Of a DNA stretch of 64,000 bases, positions 24,699 to 37,872 are shown piece after piece. A program made the position numbers and the translations under genes. This DNA comes from Neodothiora populina (lineage: Eukaryota): the NCBI RefSeq assembly GCF_041146345.1, contig NW_027191413.1:2170001-2234000 (forward strand), in the 5' to 3' direction. Numbering within the stretch: the stretch's first letter is position 1; each line of letters starts with the position of its first letter. Under the pieces are notes generated by a model. It ran no database searches, was not told where the DNA came from, and saw nothing but the letters and a program-made list of their open reading frames with translations.

Positions 24699-25210
24699 AG
24701 TAGTCAAGGACGAGACAATGATACGACTAGACGTGGTTGTAGTATAAAGTGCAAGCAGGTTGGAATATATTCGTGTTCTGGTCTTTGGTACAAATAATAT
24801 CTGGAACAAGGCCCGGCTAGGAGGTCCGATAGTGAGCTGGCTATATTGCCCGAGACCTTGCGAACACCGGAATGACGGTCTATCACGTTGTAGCACTGCT
24901 ATAGTAATCTACCGCCAAGTCAAGACGCAGCCTCTCCTTTAGTATGAGCCGATGGTTCAAGGCGATGCATATCAGTGGAGAAGAGGTCATCAAGGTCTCA
25001 TGATGTGATCAACACGCCTGCCAAGACGAGGGGTAGCACAACATCTATCACCGTGCAAGGTAGTAGCAGCGACAAGCATAACAGATATCGCTCGAGCTCA
25101 TATTACTTTGATCATAAGTGCGTTTCATTTCATCAGGTTTATCGTAACAGAGGCGATTCGCCATGTGGGTATCAATATGCAACAAGGCATGTGCGATGTG
25201 TACAGACTTC

Positions 25211-26417
25211 TCACGCGAACAAGATCATAAAAGCAGCCATGAGGATAGCCATCCAAAGACACACGCCTGGGGCGTCAAGTTTCGGGGTTGCCAGACTCGA
25301 TGCTGTAGCACTTGCTCCGCCTGAACCCGAGACGGTCCCGGATGAAGCCAGCTCGCTGAGCTGTGCTGCCTTTGATTTCAATATCGTTGTGCTTCTTCCA
25401 CCTGGGCAGAAGACAACTTCAAAACCAGCTCCAGAGGGTATGATAAACGTCGAAGACTGATCGTCGTATGCAAAGCTGTATGCATCAGGACATACCTCCT
25501 TGGAGACAGTGCTGTAGTAATTGGGCTTGCATACCTTGGGCGAGTCGTACTTGCCAGTGCAGCAATACTTGGGATCTTTGTATTTGGCGCAAGCGGAAAG
25601 ACAAGGATTGAATGCTGGCCGCTGGATATTGTCATCCGGGTATGGATACACGCCATCTCCTGGGGCTTTCGGAGGGCTTACTTGGAGATCCCAAGGACAC
25701 CATTGAGCCACTGTTGATGTGGCAAGTTTCTGATCGAAAGGTAGTGGATATGAAGAATTCGTTCCCAAGAAAGTCTGCTGGCCCTGGGAGTATGGATCGT
25801 AGGTTGCTTCTGCGAGCTGACTTGCTGTTCCTATACATGAAGGGCTCGTGAGATTGGGAGGAATGTCGTCCAGCGAAACATTGCCATGTGGAACCAGGAC
25901 TATGGCCACGGGGAGGTTGTAACCATCAACAAGAGAGATGTCGAAATAAGTTTGGCCATCTCCGCCATCCAGAGTGAACTCGGCAAGGGTCACCGGCACG
26001 TCGCCCTAGGCCAAGATAAGTATGTTATGATCCCGTAGCGTTCCTTTCACATACCGTGACCAAGCAGCCAAGTCCTCCATTGCAATCGCCCGATCCACAA
26101 GCCTTGCCTCCTCCCATCGAGGTTCCTTGGCTGTTGAACGTACAATTCGTCCGCCCCCAAACTCGTCCCTGCCAGTCGTGAGACACAGTTTGGGACTTGT
26201 TGGTTCCGGGTGTCAGCTCAAAGCCGGTGCTTGCTGGACCAGTGCCGGCTTGGGTAAGGATACCAGGATAGATGGTCTCGCCGCAGTTGTTCGATACGAC
26301 CAAAGGAGTTGTGTGGCTTGATCCTTGCTGACGCAATATGATTTCTCGTTTCATGTGGTGTAAGCCATTTGCTCTAGTAGCAAGAGCCAGGACCAGAAAC
26401 ACATCATCATATTTCAT
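25211..26417 (-). CDS. thaumatin-like protein, secreted, with Ser-rich spacer and hydrophobic C-terminus (intron 26054-26006)
   Basis: NNCGETIYPG, WQGRVWGRTNC, CGSGDC, TLAEFTL, YFDISLVDGYNLP, CPDAYSFAYDD. Confidence 0.9.
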
Positions 26418-27063
26418 ACTTTCGGCTGCGTTCAATAAGAATGACTAGACAAGATTACTATTCGGTGTAGTATACATATATACGGAAATGATCAGGTCTT
26501 GTGTTGTCAGCGACAATTAGAGATAGGAGAATAGATGATACAAGGCGCGTACGTTAGACAAAGGCAACGAGGAAACCCGACGAAGATGACCTCCCTGCGA
26601 GGAGGCATTGCAGGTCTTATACCACGCATGCCTTATCCATCAATGGGAAACAAGGAATCGCAGCCGCGCCGCCTCCTGCGACGGTGCTGTAACAAGGAAT
26701 CGGGAAGGCACCACTCATGTTTGAGCATTTCACTTGTTGTTTATATTGCGATGACGTGATGGGCTCTTTTTTTCCCCATGCGCTTGAGCGTTGTCGCTGC
26801 AATCTTTGATCCCTTCCAGGGTCCACACGGGCCGCAAAGCATGCTGCCCGCCCGCTGCTGGGCATACGGCATGATGCACCCCTTATCTGCTCCCACATAA
26901 CCGTACAAGCCACACCTTCTTATCTCCGGTACGTACCACGTGGTACACTGTGTTGACTGAGGTGTACAGTACTTGGGCGACACACTACTTGATGTAACAA
27001 CGTTCCCTCGCAGACACATCCGTTTTTACATCATAGAGATAAACAGATCGAAATAAGATCGCT

Positions 27064-29071
27064 ATGCGAGTAAAAGCTAAACAAGGACGATTGTTCCGAT
27101 CACCGGACTCGGCCGGTCTTGGGTATGCTGGGATGCGTATCTCCGTGAGTGCTGAGAGTCCACTGGACAAGTATCCTGGTATGCAAGTGAAAACACTATG
27201 TGATGAAATATAGCAGACTGTTAATGATGACAATGAAGCGAAGCAACATGCTGCACGAGTGGCCACGGTGTTGGGTGTAGATCACGGATTGATCTACCTG
27301 CCTGGAGAAACCATTTCCAATTATGCGGATAGCGATCAGCCTCGACCGTTCAGACAATCGCGGTATTTTTTGTATCTGAGTGGGTAAGTCAGCTCTGTTA
27401 GATATGTCATTGTCATGAAACAGTCAGTCGGTCGACATTACATTCCAAAATCATGAAACACGAGGGTTATCCTGTGACATACCACTAACAGTCTAAAAAG
27501 CGTGGACGAGTCCGATTGCCACCTAACCTACGACATCGCGACAGAAAACCTAACTCTCTGGCTGCCCCCCATAGATCCCAAAGTAGTAGTATGGGTAGGA
27601 CGAGGCTCAACGACGTCCGAAGCACTGGAGAAATACGACATCGACAACGCGAGATACAGTCCGCACTTAAAGCACTACCTGGAATCATGGGCATCATCCA
27701 ACAAGCACAAAAGCGGCGGTGACATTTTCGTGCTGCACCCTGCCGACAAGAAATCTCGAGTACCAGAGTCTCTTTCATCTAGACTCAACACGACAGCTCT
27801 CCAACCAGCGACAGACACCTGCAGAGTGATCAAAGACCCCCATGAGATAGACCTAATACGAACCGCGGCGGGAATCAGCACAAAAGCCCACGAATCCGTG
27901 CTACGCAACCTCCTGACATTCAAATCCGAAGCGCAAGTGACAGCCCACTTCCTAGACGTCAGCATCGCGCACGGCGCCAAACACCAATCTTACGGCATCA
28001 TAGCAGGCTCAGGGTCCAATGCCGCGATCTTGCACTATGAGAACAACGACGCCGTCTTCGGAGACAGCCAGCTCATGTGTCTTGACGCGGGCGCCGAATG
28101 GCAGTCGTACTCGAGCGATATCACGCGCACTTTCCCACTGTCGGGGAACTGGCCCTCCAAGGAATCGAAGGAAATCTACAATCTCGTGCAGCTCATGCAG
28201 TCGAGTTGCACCACGAACCTCAAGCCAGGGAAGAACTTTGTCGAGAACCAGTACCTGGCGCATGTCATCGCTATCGAGGGACTTTTGAAGCTGGGTATTC
28301 TGCGTGATGGAAGCATAGAGGAGATTTACAAGGCGGGCACTTCGAGGGCGTTTTTCCCTCATGGCTTGGGTCATCATATGGGGCTTGAGGTCCATGATGT
28401 GTCTCCCCCTTCGGTTTCTCCTTTTCGTTCTTCTTCTACTTCGCGAGAGCAAGGTAGAGAGATACCCATCGAGGTACGCACACTCACCCCTCCAACATCT
28501 TTACAGAAAGTTATACAGTCCCCATGAAGCTAATTCACGACCCACGATAAACAGATCCGACATCACTTCACGACCGCAGGCGCCGAATCAGCCTACCACG
28601 CCTCGTCACAGCAATACGCTGATCCGGATATCTGCAGATCACCCTGTCGGACCTATGACTCGGGTCTGCAGCCTGGAATGGTGATCACCGTCGAACCCGG
28701 GATGTGAGTTTTTGTATTTCGTTTTCTTCTCTCTTGGCCGACTGATCCTCTTCTCTCCACGTCTCCTTTTATTTGGTCTCGCTTCTATCACTTCTATATC
28801 TGCTCATGCCGAATGCTGACGAAATGAACCAAAAAGATACTTTAATGGATATGCACTGGAGGAGATCTACTATCCCTCTCCGGTACACTCGAAATACATA
28901 GACAAAAAGGTCGTGAAAAGGTACATGCCTGTCGGTGGAGTGCGCATTGAAGATGATATTCTCATTACGCCTTCGGGGTACGAGTTGATGTCGCACACGG
29001 CAAAGGGAGAGGATGCGCTGAGGATTATCAGGGGGGAGTCAGTGGTTGTTTTGCAGCATCTACAAGTGTGA
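27064..29071 (+). CDS. Xaa-Pro aminopeptidase / prolidase (M24B, PepP-like), 5 exons; start ATG 27064 or 27133
   Basis: [20 protein letters not shown]; metal ligands in [25 protein letters not shown] and GGVRIEDD. Confidence 0.9.
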
Positions 29072-29267
29072 AAGGGCTCTGCAGCATTATAGTTCGTTAT
29101 ACTAGCGAACTACACGCCTAAAATCTCAAGCCATGTAGATGTTCGATCGCTTGTCAAACTAACATCCGAGGCTTCTGATCTGCGCTGTGCCTGACAGCTA
29201 AATTGTCTCTCCAAAACCTCTCCGAACCACGAGTTTCGGCCGTACCTGACGAGTCAATACTGAGCAC

Positions 29268-30391
29268 TTAGTCGTCCGTGAGGTCAATGGTCTCGATGAC
29301 CTTTGATCTTTTCGGTGCGGGAACAATAGAAAGCTCATCCTCATCACTGTCAGCGTCTGTCGTATGCTCGCGCTTGAGCTCTAGCTTGTTCTTTGGAGAT
29401 CTCGCCTGGTCCACATTAGCACTGCGCAACGTTTGACCAAAAGAGTACATACCCTCTGTCTGCGCAGCAACTCCCTGGCTTCCTCAAGTGTAAGGTCATC
29501 TGGGTCTTTGTCTTCGAGCGCGGTCGGCGATGGGCTTCTGGGGATGATAAGAAGTGCCTGCAAAGACTCTATACTGGCATAAGACTTGAGCTTTATCGTC
29601 TGATGAACGTCATGTTGACTCACTTCTTGATCGGTATTTAAAATCAAATTTTGCGAATGGTGCTCCGCCACGAAGTTTCACGGCGGCAAATGTCGGTTCC
29701 GAAACGTGCTGCGCTTCACCAAGGCTACTCCTTTGTCAATACCAGACGCTGACCTGTAGGAGAGCTGTACGCACTTGACATAATGGGAGACACTACTACC
29801 CTTTAGGGCCTTCTCTGACACTGAAGGTCGATGCAGACCAGAACGCTCCAATGTATTTGCATTACGGGCTACCTTCATGCCACGTTGTATCTTGACCGAG
29901 ATTGTTCCCAGATGTTTTATGGGCAATGCACGTTCTACCTGCATGTTTTCTCCGTCTGTCACGTCTTAGCGGTGATCAGCCGTGATGTACTTGCTGGAGC
30001 GCTCACCTAATCCAAGATCGGTGAACAGCATAGGTTTGTACCTGCCTTGCCCACTTTCTATATGTGCCGGACCGTAGAAGATATGATTAAAGATATCTTT
30101 ACGACGATTGCGGAATCTTCGGTCATAATGGAGATGATCGATGGGGAGTCCATCGATACTGACTGCTGCTGTAGCGACTTCCCTCTCTGCCACAGACTTG
30201 AAGCCCGGGCGAAACTTAACTTGCACGCCGAACGCCTTTCCACTCTGACACTCGACATACCTGGTGACCTTCTTTGTGATGTCACCAACATGTTCTTCCT
30301 CTTCTTCGTACTCATCCACATATTCGTGCAGAGGCTTGCCGTCGACGACTATAGAGACTTCCAGACCTGGGACGCCAGGAATGATGGCCAT
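29268..30391 (-). CDS. uncharacterised fungal protein (DUF7918-like), 5 exons
   Basis: Spliced MAIIPGVPGLEVSIVVDGKPLHEY, LGTISVKI, VSEKALKG, FDFKYRS|.SLQALLIIPRSPSP, IDLTDD; four GT-AG introns. Confidence 0.75.
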
Positions 30392-31278
30392 GGTGCATGA
30401 CAGAGATCAGATCCGTGTTTATTTGTGTCTAATCGGATGACGGGGGCAACGAAAGAAGCCTCTGGGAGTTTGTATGTTCAGCAGTTGGGAGAAGTCACGA
30501 AGGTTGCATGGATTGATTTGAAGATGGATGCTTTTGACGTTAGGAGGAAGATGTGGTTGTAAGATACATGAGCGTGGTGGTCCAAGAAGTAAGCACAAGT
30601 TGAAAGTTGAGGGTTTAGATATTAGCAGGAGAATTCAATGTCAAGACACATGAATAAGAAAGTCTTAGAAGGTCACCACAAGTTGGAGAGTGAGGGTATT
30701 GGTGGTACGTGCAAACGCAAGGAACTGATAGAAGAATGAATGCTAGAGGTAAATATATCTGAGTGGGGAGCAACGACTCCAGGAGCGGAAGGAACAACTC
30801 AGGCACACAGCCGTGATAATATCAAGAAGGCGCGCGGCAGCTTCGGCGCGTAGCTCAGACGTGCGATAGGGACTGGCAATGGCTGCTTGTGAACTTCGAA
30901 GTGAGACGCTGCGACAGGCTGTCGGATCTTAGCCGACGATGAGTATAAGGTTTGTGCGGCAACAATTACTACCGTTAGTTTTACTATTTTTTTCTTCATA
31001 AAAGTTGGAGCTATGTACGTGTCGTTGGAGCTGACTAGGTAAAAGTACCAGCACCGTTCTCTTTAGGAACAGGAAAGAAAACAAAAGAAATCCAAACTCC
31101 TTTGCAATGCCAGTATACGTTCGCTGCTTGAAGCATGAAAGCAGCACGTGTGCAAGAAGAGTACATTCCATCCACCTGAGTTACGAGATTCCATGTTCTC
31201 GAGGGTATCTTTGTTGTCATTATTGCGGCCGCTGCCAGTGTTCCAGGCGCATTGCCATGTGTTGCCGTTGAAGAAGAT

Positions 31279-32289
31279 CTACCATCGGCCAGCACCAACA
31301 GGGAGGTCCTGGCCATAAGTGCCTGAGAGGATCTGCTGTCTGATGGAAGCTCGATCATCAGTCGGTGCAGAAGGAGGTGGAGATTGAGTCGAGGGTCCGG
31401 CCCAGCCGATGCTTGCTCTCATTTCGTTTACAGCTTCTTGCATCTTGCCACCGGAATCTTCGTTGTGCTTGAATAGCTTTTGATCCCATCCCGAATATTG
31501 CAGATGGAAGCCGCCGCCCTTCTTGGCTCCTTCATGGATAGCCAATGCCCAGGCGTGAGACAGTTCGTCGTAAGCTTCGTGAGTGGGGCGATTGTGTTGA
31601 TAAGTATCCCAATGAGGAATTCCGTGGATGATCTGGGTGACGGCATCGAGGTATGCCAGGGTCACAGTAGGTTGTGGTTCATTAGGGGGAAGGAAATGAG
31701 GAGTGAAATCTCTCAAAGCTTCAATGAGTTGCATCATGGGTCGGTGGACGCGGTTGTATGTGTAGTCGGAAGAAGGACGATTGCCGAAAGGAAAGGCTTG
31801 CTTGAAAGTAGATTCGTATTTGTGGAGGACAGCCAGAGTAGACTCCACACTGGGCCTCGGGGCCTTGGTGACGACCTCGTGGGAAATGGCAGGATTCTGA
31901 TCGCAGATGTTCTGGAGTAGATTTCTCATCTCGTCGGCAGAGAGGGTTTCGAGGAGGCGGGGCAGATCCAGGGGGCGACCGGTGGAGACGGCCGTGCGGG
32001 TGCGCTTGAACGATCGATGGGCGAATGCGTGAGGAAGAGAGCGAGAGGAGGTGGATGGAGAGGCAGAGGGAGAGGCCGACATGCGCTCGTCCTGGTCGTC
32101 ATCCGACGCCTTTCTCTTCCGCCCAGACATTCTCTCACCACCGCCGAAGTTGTCTGTTCATAATTAGAATTGGATCGGCAAAGGGTGCGCTGTCAGGTCT
32201 CGAAACTTACCTGAGCGGGATGGAGAGAGTCTAGGAGTTCCAAGGAGATGGGGAGCGAACAGGGGATTGTTGGAGATGACGGAGTTCAT
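31279..32289 (-). CDS. STS1: Sts1/Cut8 nuclear proteasome tether (exons 32289-32211, 32153-31279)
   Basis: Bipartite NLS (RKRKA...KRTR), GRPLDLPRLLETL, SDYTYNRV, DFTPHFLPPNE. The upstream exon MNSVISNNP... splices in frame through a 57-nt intron. Confidence 0.9.
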
Positions 32290-33258
32290 CGCGAGGGGGT
32301 TGACGCCTGATCCTGGGCGACAGAGAGAAGAGAAGAAAAGAAGTGGTTAGATGGTCAAGATGCGATGGATCTTCACCTCAACCACCGCTTGAATATGAGA
32401 ATGAGTAGGGATTGATGATTCGGCGGGCTGGATGACGCTAAAGTATAAGAAAGAAGATGAAGAAGAGGATGGAAGATGAACAAGTAGAAGATGTGGTTTG
32501 GACGATCAAGGTGTTGTTGCCATGGGCAAAGTGCAGGTGCAAGTGCAAGGGCAAGTCAAGTCGGTGAAAGAAAGCCCCAACTTTGCCAGGAAGATGATGG
32601 TCGACGGCGGAAGCCCAAGCCGCTAGAAGCCACTAACCAACTGTACTCTGCACTACAAGTGCTCCCTCACTGTTCCCTCACTGCATTTTACTATGTGCTA
32701 TACCTAGCGGAGGTATACAGTAGTAAGGTACCTGGTGACCTAGCAGGTACATACTTGTACTGTACCGGACTTGTACTGTACCAGACTTGTACAGCTGCCG
32801 CCTTGGCAGCATCACTTCTGTGCTTTTTAGAACCCCTTGACTCGCATCTGTCTCGAACTTAACAGTCCTTCTCGACATATATTGTGTAGGCATTCAGTGT
32901 CACTGGGGACAATGTGACGGACACTAGTAGTTGTGTGATTTCATAGTATTCATGACATGCCACGTTGTTGTACACCAGGTCAGGATTATAGGTAATCATC
33001 AATTCAAGATGCTTGCACTTTTATGCATTATTTTACGCCCAGATCGACTCTCTCGTACCAAAGCTTAAGGTACACTAAAGGTTGAAGCAAGCCACACCTC
33101 GCACGTGCCCATATGCCACACCTCCCAAGATTGCAAGACAGTGCGCATGTACAAAAAGGACCGCCATCAAAATAAAATGCCATTGCGACCTGCCCTGCCA
33201 GTCCATGCTTCATCATCAGTAATTGCTCTCTAATCTCGACGCATACGACACTTTTTAT

Positions 33259-36200
33259 CTATAGATACAGAGATTGCGCTGCCACAATGTCCCTGCGAAC
33301 CTTGGTGAGTGCAACTTCGAACTTCTGCTCGAGTTCGTCGCTGCCCATGACTTTGGCAGCCTGGGCGATCTGTCTGAGCAACTCCTCGAGTCGTCTGAAC
33401 AGACGAATCAGACTTCCTTCGTAGACATCCGTCATTTTGCTATTTGCCTGTCAGACGCATGGTCAATCAAGTAAAGAGACGAAACAGTGTTACTTACCAG
33501 ATCTCTGCAAACGTCGCTCCATTACACCATCGGTAGACAACCTCCATTAGTTGGTACTTGAACGAGTCGACGTATTCGTCTTCGTTCAGAGGTAACTTGC
33601 TCTCTTGCGAGATCTTTGCCACAATGCGTGCCTGTGCTTGAATCTCGCGGAAAGGCTTCGACAGCTCCTCCTTGAGCGCCGGTGTCTCGTTGCTCTTCTC
33701 TTCGAAGATGAAACAACTCAGCGCAGCCGCGCATTGCTCTGGCGTAAGCTCGTTGAAGAAACGGTTGAAGAGCAGCTCGCTCAGCACCAGCTCATCACCA
33801 GTGCTGATCTCACACGCCACTCTTGCCTTGAGCTGCACCACATCCGCGTCGTTGATGAACCCGAGTCTTCTCAGAACACGCTTTCGGTTCTTCAGTTCGT
33901 CCAGCTGCAGCACTGACATTGCGTCGCCAATCTGTTTCTTCACCTCCTTGACCTTGTTGCCAAGCTCGACCTTCTGGCTGTATTGAGCGTACAAGTCAGC
34001 TAGACGAGGCGAGTTGTGCAGAGGGTTGGAGAGCAGCCTTGACTCCAGGATCTCGATTTTCTGTCATTTGTTAGCGCTCTGATCTTCCTTGCGAAGAAGT
34101 AAGACAACCTACCCTGAGAAGTTTCTTGAAGGATTCGTCAGTGATACCCATGTTCTCCACCGGATCCAGGATCGCAATGCCGTCTGGGAACCTTCGCTTG
34201 ACCTCATCAAGACCCTTGCGCACCGTGTTGCGCTGATCTGCTGATCGAAGGTCGTTGGGCAAGAACACCCTTAGATGGCCGATGGAGTCGATGGTTGACA
34301 ATAATACGGGCACAACCTCCATCTTGCCCTTTTCACCTGCGGCCGGAGGACGAACTCCAGGTGGCAAGTCCTCGCCATTCTTGTTAGTAGCTGGCACATT
34401 GGCGTCGTTCGCGACCTGAAGCAAGACGTCGACAACATATGAGTTCTGGTCGGGGACCTCGTCGGTTTGTCCCTTAGGTCCTCGGCGCTTTGCAAAGTTG
34501 ACTACCGCTCCCCAGCCGAAATCGTGGTCCCCGTGTTTGACTTTGATGACACGGCCAGACTGCAGGAATTGCAGTGAATGCTGTGGGTGGTTAATGACAT
34601 TTCGCATGTCCTTGGCATAACCGTCCAGTTGTGTTCGAAGGTCGTAATACTCCTTGACAGTCTGTTCGTCTTCGATGGACATGTTAGCACGCTCAGTCTC
34701 AAGATCAGCCAGCTGCTTCTCGAGTCCAGCAACGCTGGCAGTGTTTTGGAATTGGAAAAAACAACGTTCCAGCATGAACTCCGGCGAGATTCCTTCTACA
34801 CGCATGAGATTGAGGATCATGTTGTATCCTAGATAGAAGGCGGAGTTCAGCTTGTCCTGCTCACCCCGCACGATTTCTTTGGCGACACCAGGATCTAGCT
34901 TCTCGTCGATCATCATGATGACAATACCTCTCTCATCGAGACCTCTTCTGCCAGCACGGCCAGACATCTGGATGAACTCGGAGGGAGTGACCCATCTTTG
35001 CGAGGTACCGTCAAACTTGCGCACGCTGGTGAAGACGACGGTCTTGGCAGGCATGTTCAAGCCGATGGAGAAGGTCTCGGTGGCAAACAGGACCTTGATG
35101 AGACCTTCCTGGAAGAGAATCTCGATTGTCTCCTTTAGGATTGGCAAAAGTCCTGAGTGATGGATACCGATACCTCTCCTGAGCAGGGGCAAGAGATGCT
35201 GGATTTGGGGCAATTCGCGGTCCTCAGGGCTGAGCATCTCGATGGCGCTTTCGAAGACCTTCTTGACCATTGCTTTCTCAGAGTCGTCGTTGAAAGCGAG
35301 CTGACTCATCTGCAGGGCGTAGTTCTCACAGTCTCTCTTGCTGAAACTGAAAACGATGACAGGATTGTAGTTCTTCATCATAATCATCTTGACAATCTTG
35401 TAGATGTCCGAGGGTCCATCCTTCTTGCCGCCCTTGTTGGTCTTCTTGTCTTTGCCTTTGCCCTTGCGCTTAGCCAATGGATCTGACCCGTCGTCTCCCG
35501 CCTTGTCGGCAATGGTAGACATGGCTTTCTGGAAGTTCTCCTCACGGAAGGCGCCCTTTTCGTCGACGACAAGATGAATGCCATCGGCGCCGGCGGGGAA
35601 CATGTAGTGCTGTAAGGGAGTAGGTCGGAAGTCGGTATAAACAACGTGACAGGGTTGACTGTGAGTTTTGGTGATCCATTCGGCAAATTGCATTGCGTTG
35701 GGGATGGTGGCGGAGAGGAAGACGTAGTGAACCTTGTCGGGGAGCAGGATGATGGTCTCCTCCCAGACGACACCTCTTGATTTGTCACGAAGATAGTGAA
35801 CCTCGTCGAAGACGACCCAGGCGACTTCACGCATGATCTCGGAGCCGCGATACAACATGGATCGCAGAATCTCGGTGGTCATGACGAGACAGGTAGCGGT
35901 GGGGTTGATGGTGACATCTCCGGTCATCAAGCCGACATCGCCAAACTCTGCCATGAACTCTCGGTATTTTTGGTTGCTGAGGGCCTTGATGGGACTCGTG
36001 TAGATGACTCTCTGGTTGTTCTGAAGACACTGAGCAATGGCATACTCGGCGACCACGGTCTTTCCAGCACTGGTATGCGCAGAGACCAGAACACTTTCAT
36101 TTCTTTGGATACTGGCAATAGAGACCTGCTGGAAGGGATCGAGGGTGAATGGCCAGGTGCGCGCAGGCTTTTCCGGCGGTACGTGCTGTGAAATGGGGAT

Positions 36201-36626
36201 GTAGTCGTAGTCCGGCGGTAGGGCGACCTGATGGCGAACTTGGTGAGAGAGAACAACAGCGTTGCCATCCTTCTGGGCTTGAAGTCCAGCGGCGGCGGCG
36301 ACCTCTCGCGACTGCTCTGTCTCGAAATCATCGGTGATGACGGCCTCTGGTTCTTGGTCGCGCTTCACCCGCTTCGACTCTCTCGGTGACGAGGCACCAG
36401 AATCGGCGTCTTCTTGTGCAGCGTTGTCGGTGTTGTTCTTGTCAAGCCCATCAGGTGATGCGCTGCCATCAATATCCACGTCGGCATCATTGCTCTTGTC
36501 GGTAGTCTCTGCCTGTTTCACATTTCCATTCACCGATCTCTTTTTTGTGTTACTGTCTTGCTTCACGTCCAGGTTCTTTTTGGATTTGGCAGGGCCATTC
36601 TCGAAAACGTCGAACAAGTCGTCCAT
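33259..36626 (-). CDS. MTR4: Mtr4/Dob1 exosome RNA helicase (introns 34112-34061, 33497-33440; 1085 aa)
   Basis: [49 protein letters not shown]-terminus ...AAQSLYL. Confidence 0.96.
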
Positions 36627-37154
36627 GGCTTGCGATTTACCACTGGCGACTCGAGTGGAAGACGGTGGTTGTGGTGGATAAAAGAGCTGCAAACAGCAGT
36701 GCTCGAGGCGGAAAAAGCAGCCTCGAGTTCGTGAATGAATTAAAGATTCACAGATTGATTCAAAAGATCAAAAGATTGATCCAAGCAGCAGGACCCCGGG
36801 TCTTGGCTTTCGTAGGTCTGGCTGAAGGCTGCACACTGCAGGAAGGAACGCAGAGGGCTCTTCGCTCCCATTGGTCAGAAACATCATGAGACCGCCAAGA
36901 CACAGACTGACTTGAACAGTCCAGTATCATGTCAGCCCTACGAGGGCAGGTGCGGGCCAGTCAGGCAAGGAAAGGCAGTTACACTCCGCTGCTCTATCGC
37001 CGTGAACCGACTGACTTTATACTGTACTCGTCCTCTTGCTCTCCGTCTCTCCACAGTCAAATCCACCGTCTCCTCACATCTCCACTCTGTAAAAGTACGC
37101 CTGTTCAGCCACGCCACCCATGGCGATAGATCGATGAATTAATTCCCTGTCCAG

Positions 37155-37550
37155 ATGCTTTCCAGAACCGCCATGCGCATGCCCACTGCGGCCAACACCA
37201 TCTCCCGCCGCGGCTTCCACTCTACTCGCGCCCAGCTCGCCAGTCCTTACCACTACCCCGAGGGCCCTCGCAGCAACATTCCCTTCAACCCTTTGACCAG
37301 ATTCTTCTGGCTCAGATACTGGGGCTTCATGGGTCAGTCAATCTTCGCCGCCGTGTCCAGCCCAGAGCGCGCGCACACTCTCTCTCGCACCCCACGGCAC
37401 TTCCGGTCTTTGATTGCAATGCTAACATTACCATGTAGCCGTCGGTTTCGGTGCTCCCTTCGGCATTGCTGGTATGAAGATCTACATCTGTTCGACTGTT
37501 CGGAACATATTACTCACTTCTCCCCAGTCTGGCAAACCTACAAGAACTAG
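37155..37550 (+). CDS. COX8: cytochrome c oxidase subunit VIIc (yeast Cox8), 3 exons (introns 37333-37438, 37472-37527)
   Basis: Presequence then YHYPEGPRSNIPF...YWGFM|AVGFGAPFGIA|VWQTYKN. Confidence 0.9.
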   Translation: MLSRTAMRMPTAANTISRRGFHSTRAQLASPYHYPEGPRSNIPFNPLTRFFWLRYWGFMGQSIFAAVSSPERAHTLSRTPRHFRSLIAMLTLPCSRRFRCSLRHCWYEDLHLFDCSEHITHFSPVWQTYKN

Positions 37551-37872
37551 ATGTTGCAGTATTTGCGTGTTTCGGAGCGGCGGAAATGCATTGAGCATAC
37601 ACAAACAGGAGGTGGCGGAGGTCCGACAGACATTGGACGTTGTATATAAACACTCAATGCATCCATTGCAACTTGTTCCAGATCATATCCATCATGTTAA
37701 ATTTGTCCATGTCTGCTGTGTTGCCAGCTTATTCCACCCTTGTGAGCCTGTAGACCCGTCTTGGCACGAGCTTTGCTACTCAAATAAATTTCTGTATGCT
37801 TCTTTTATATATCGCCCGCCCGCCAATTCCACCACGCCATGACTATTTAGTGATTCGTGTATTCTTTTCAAT

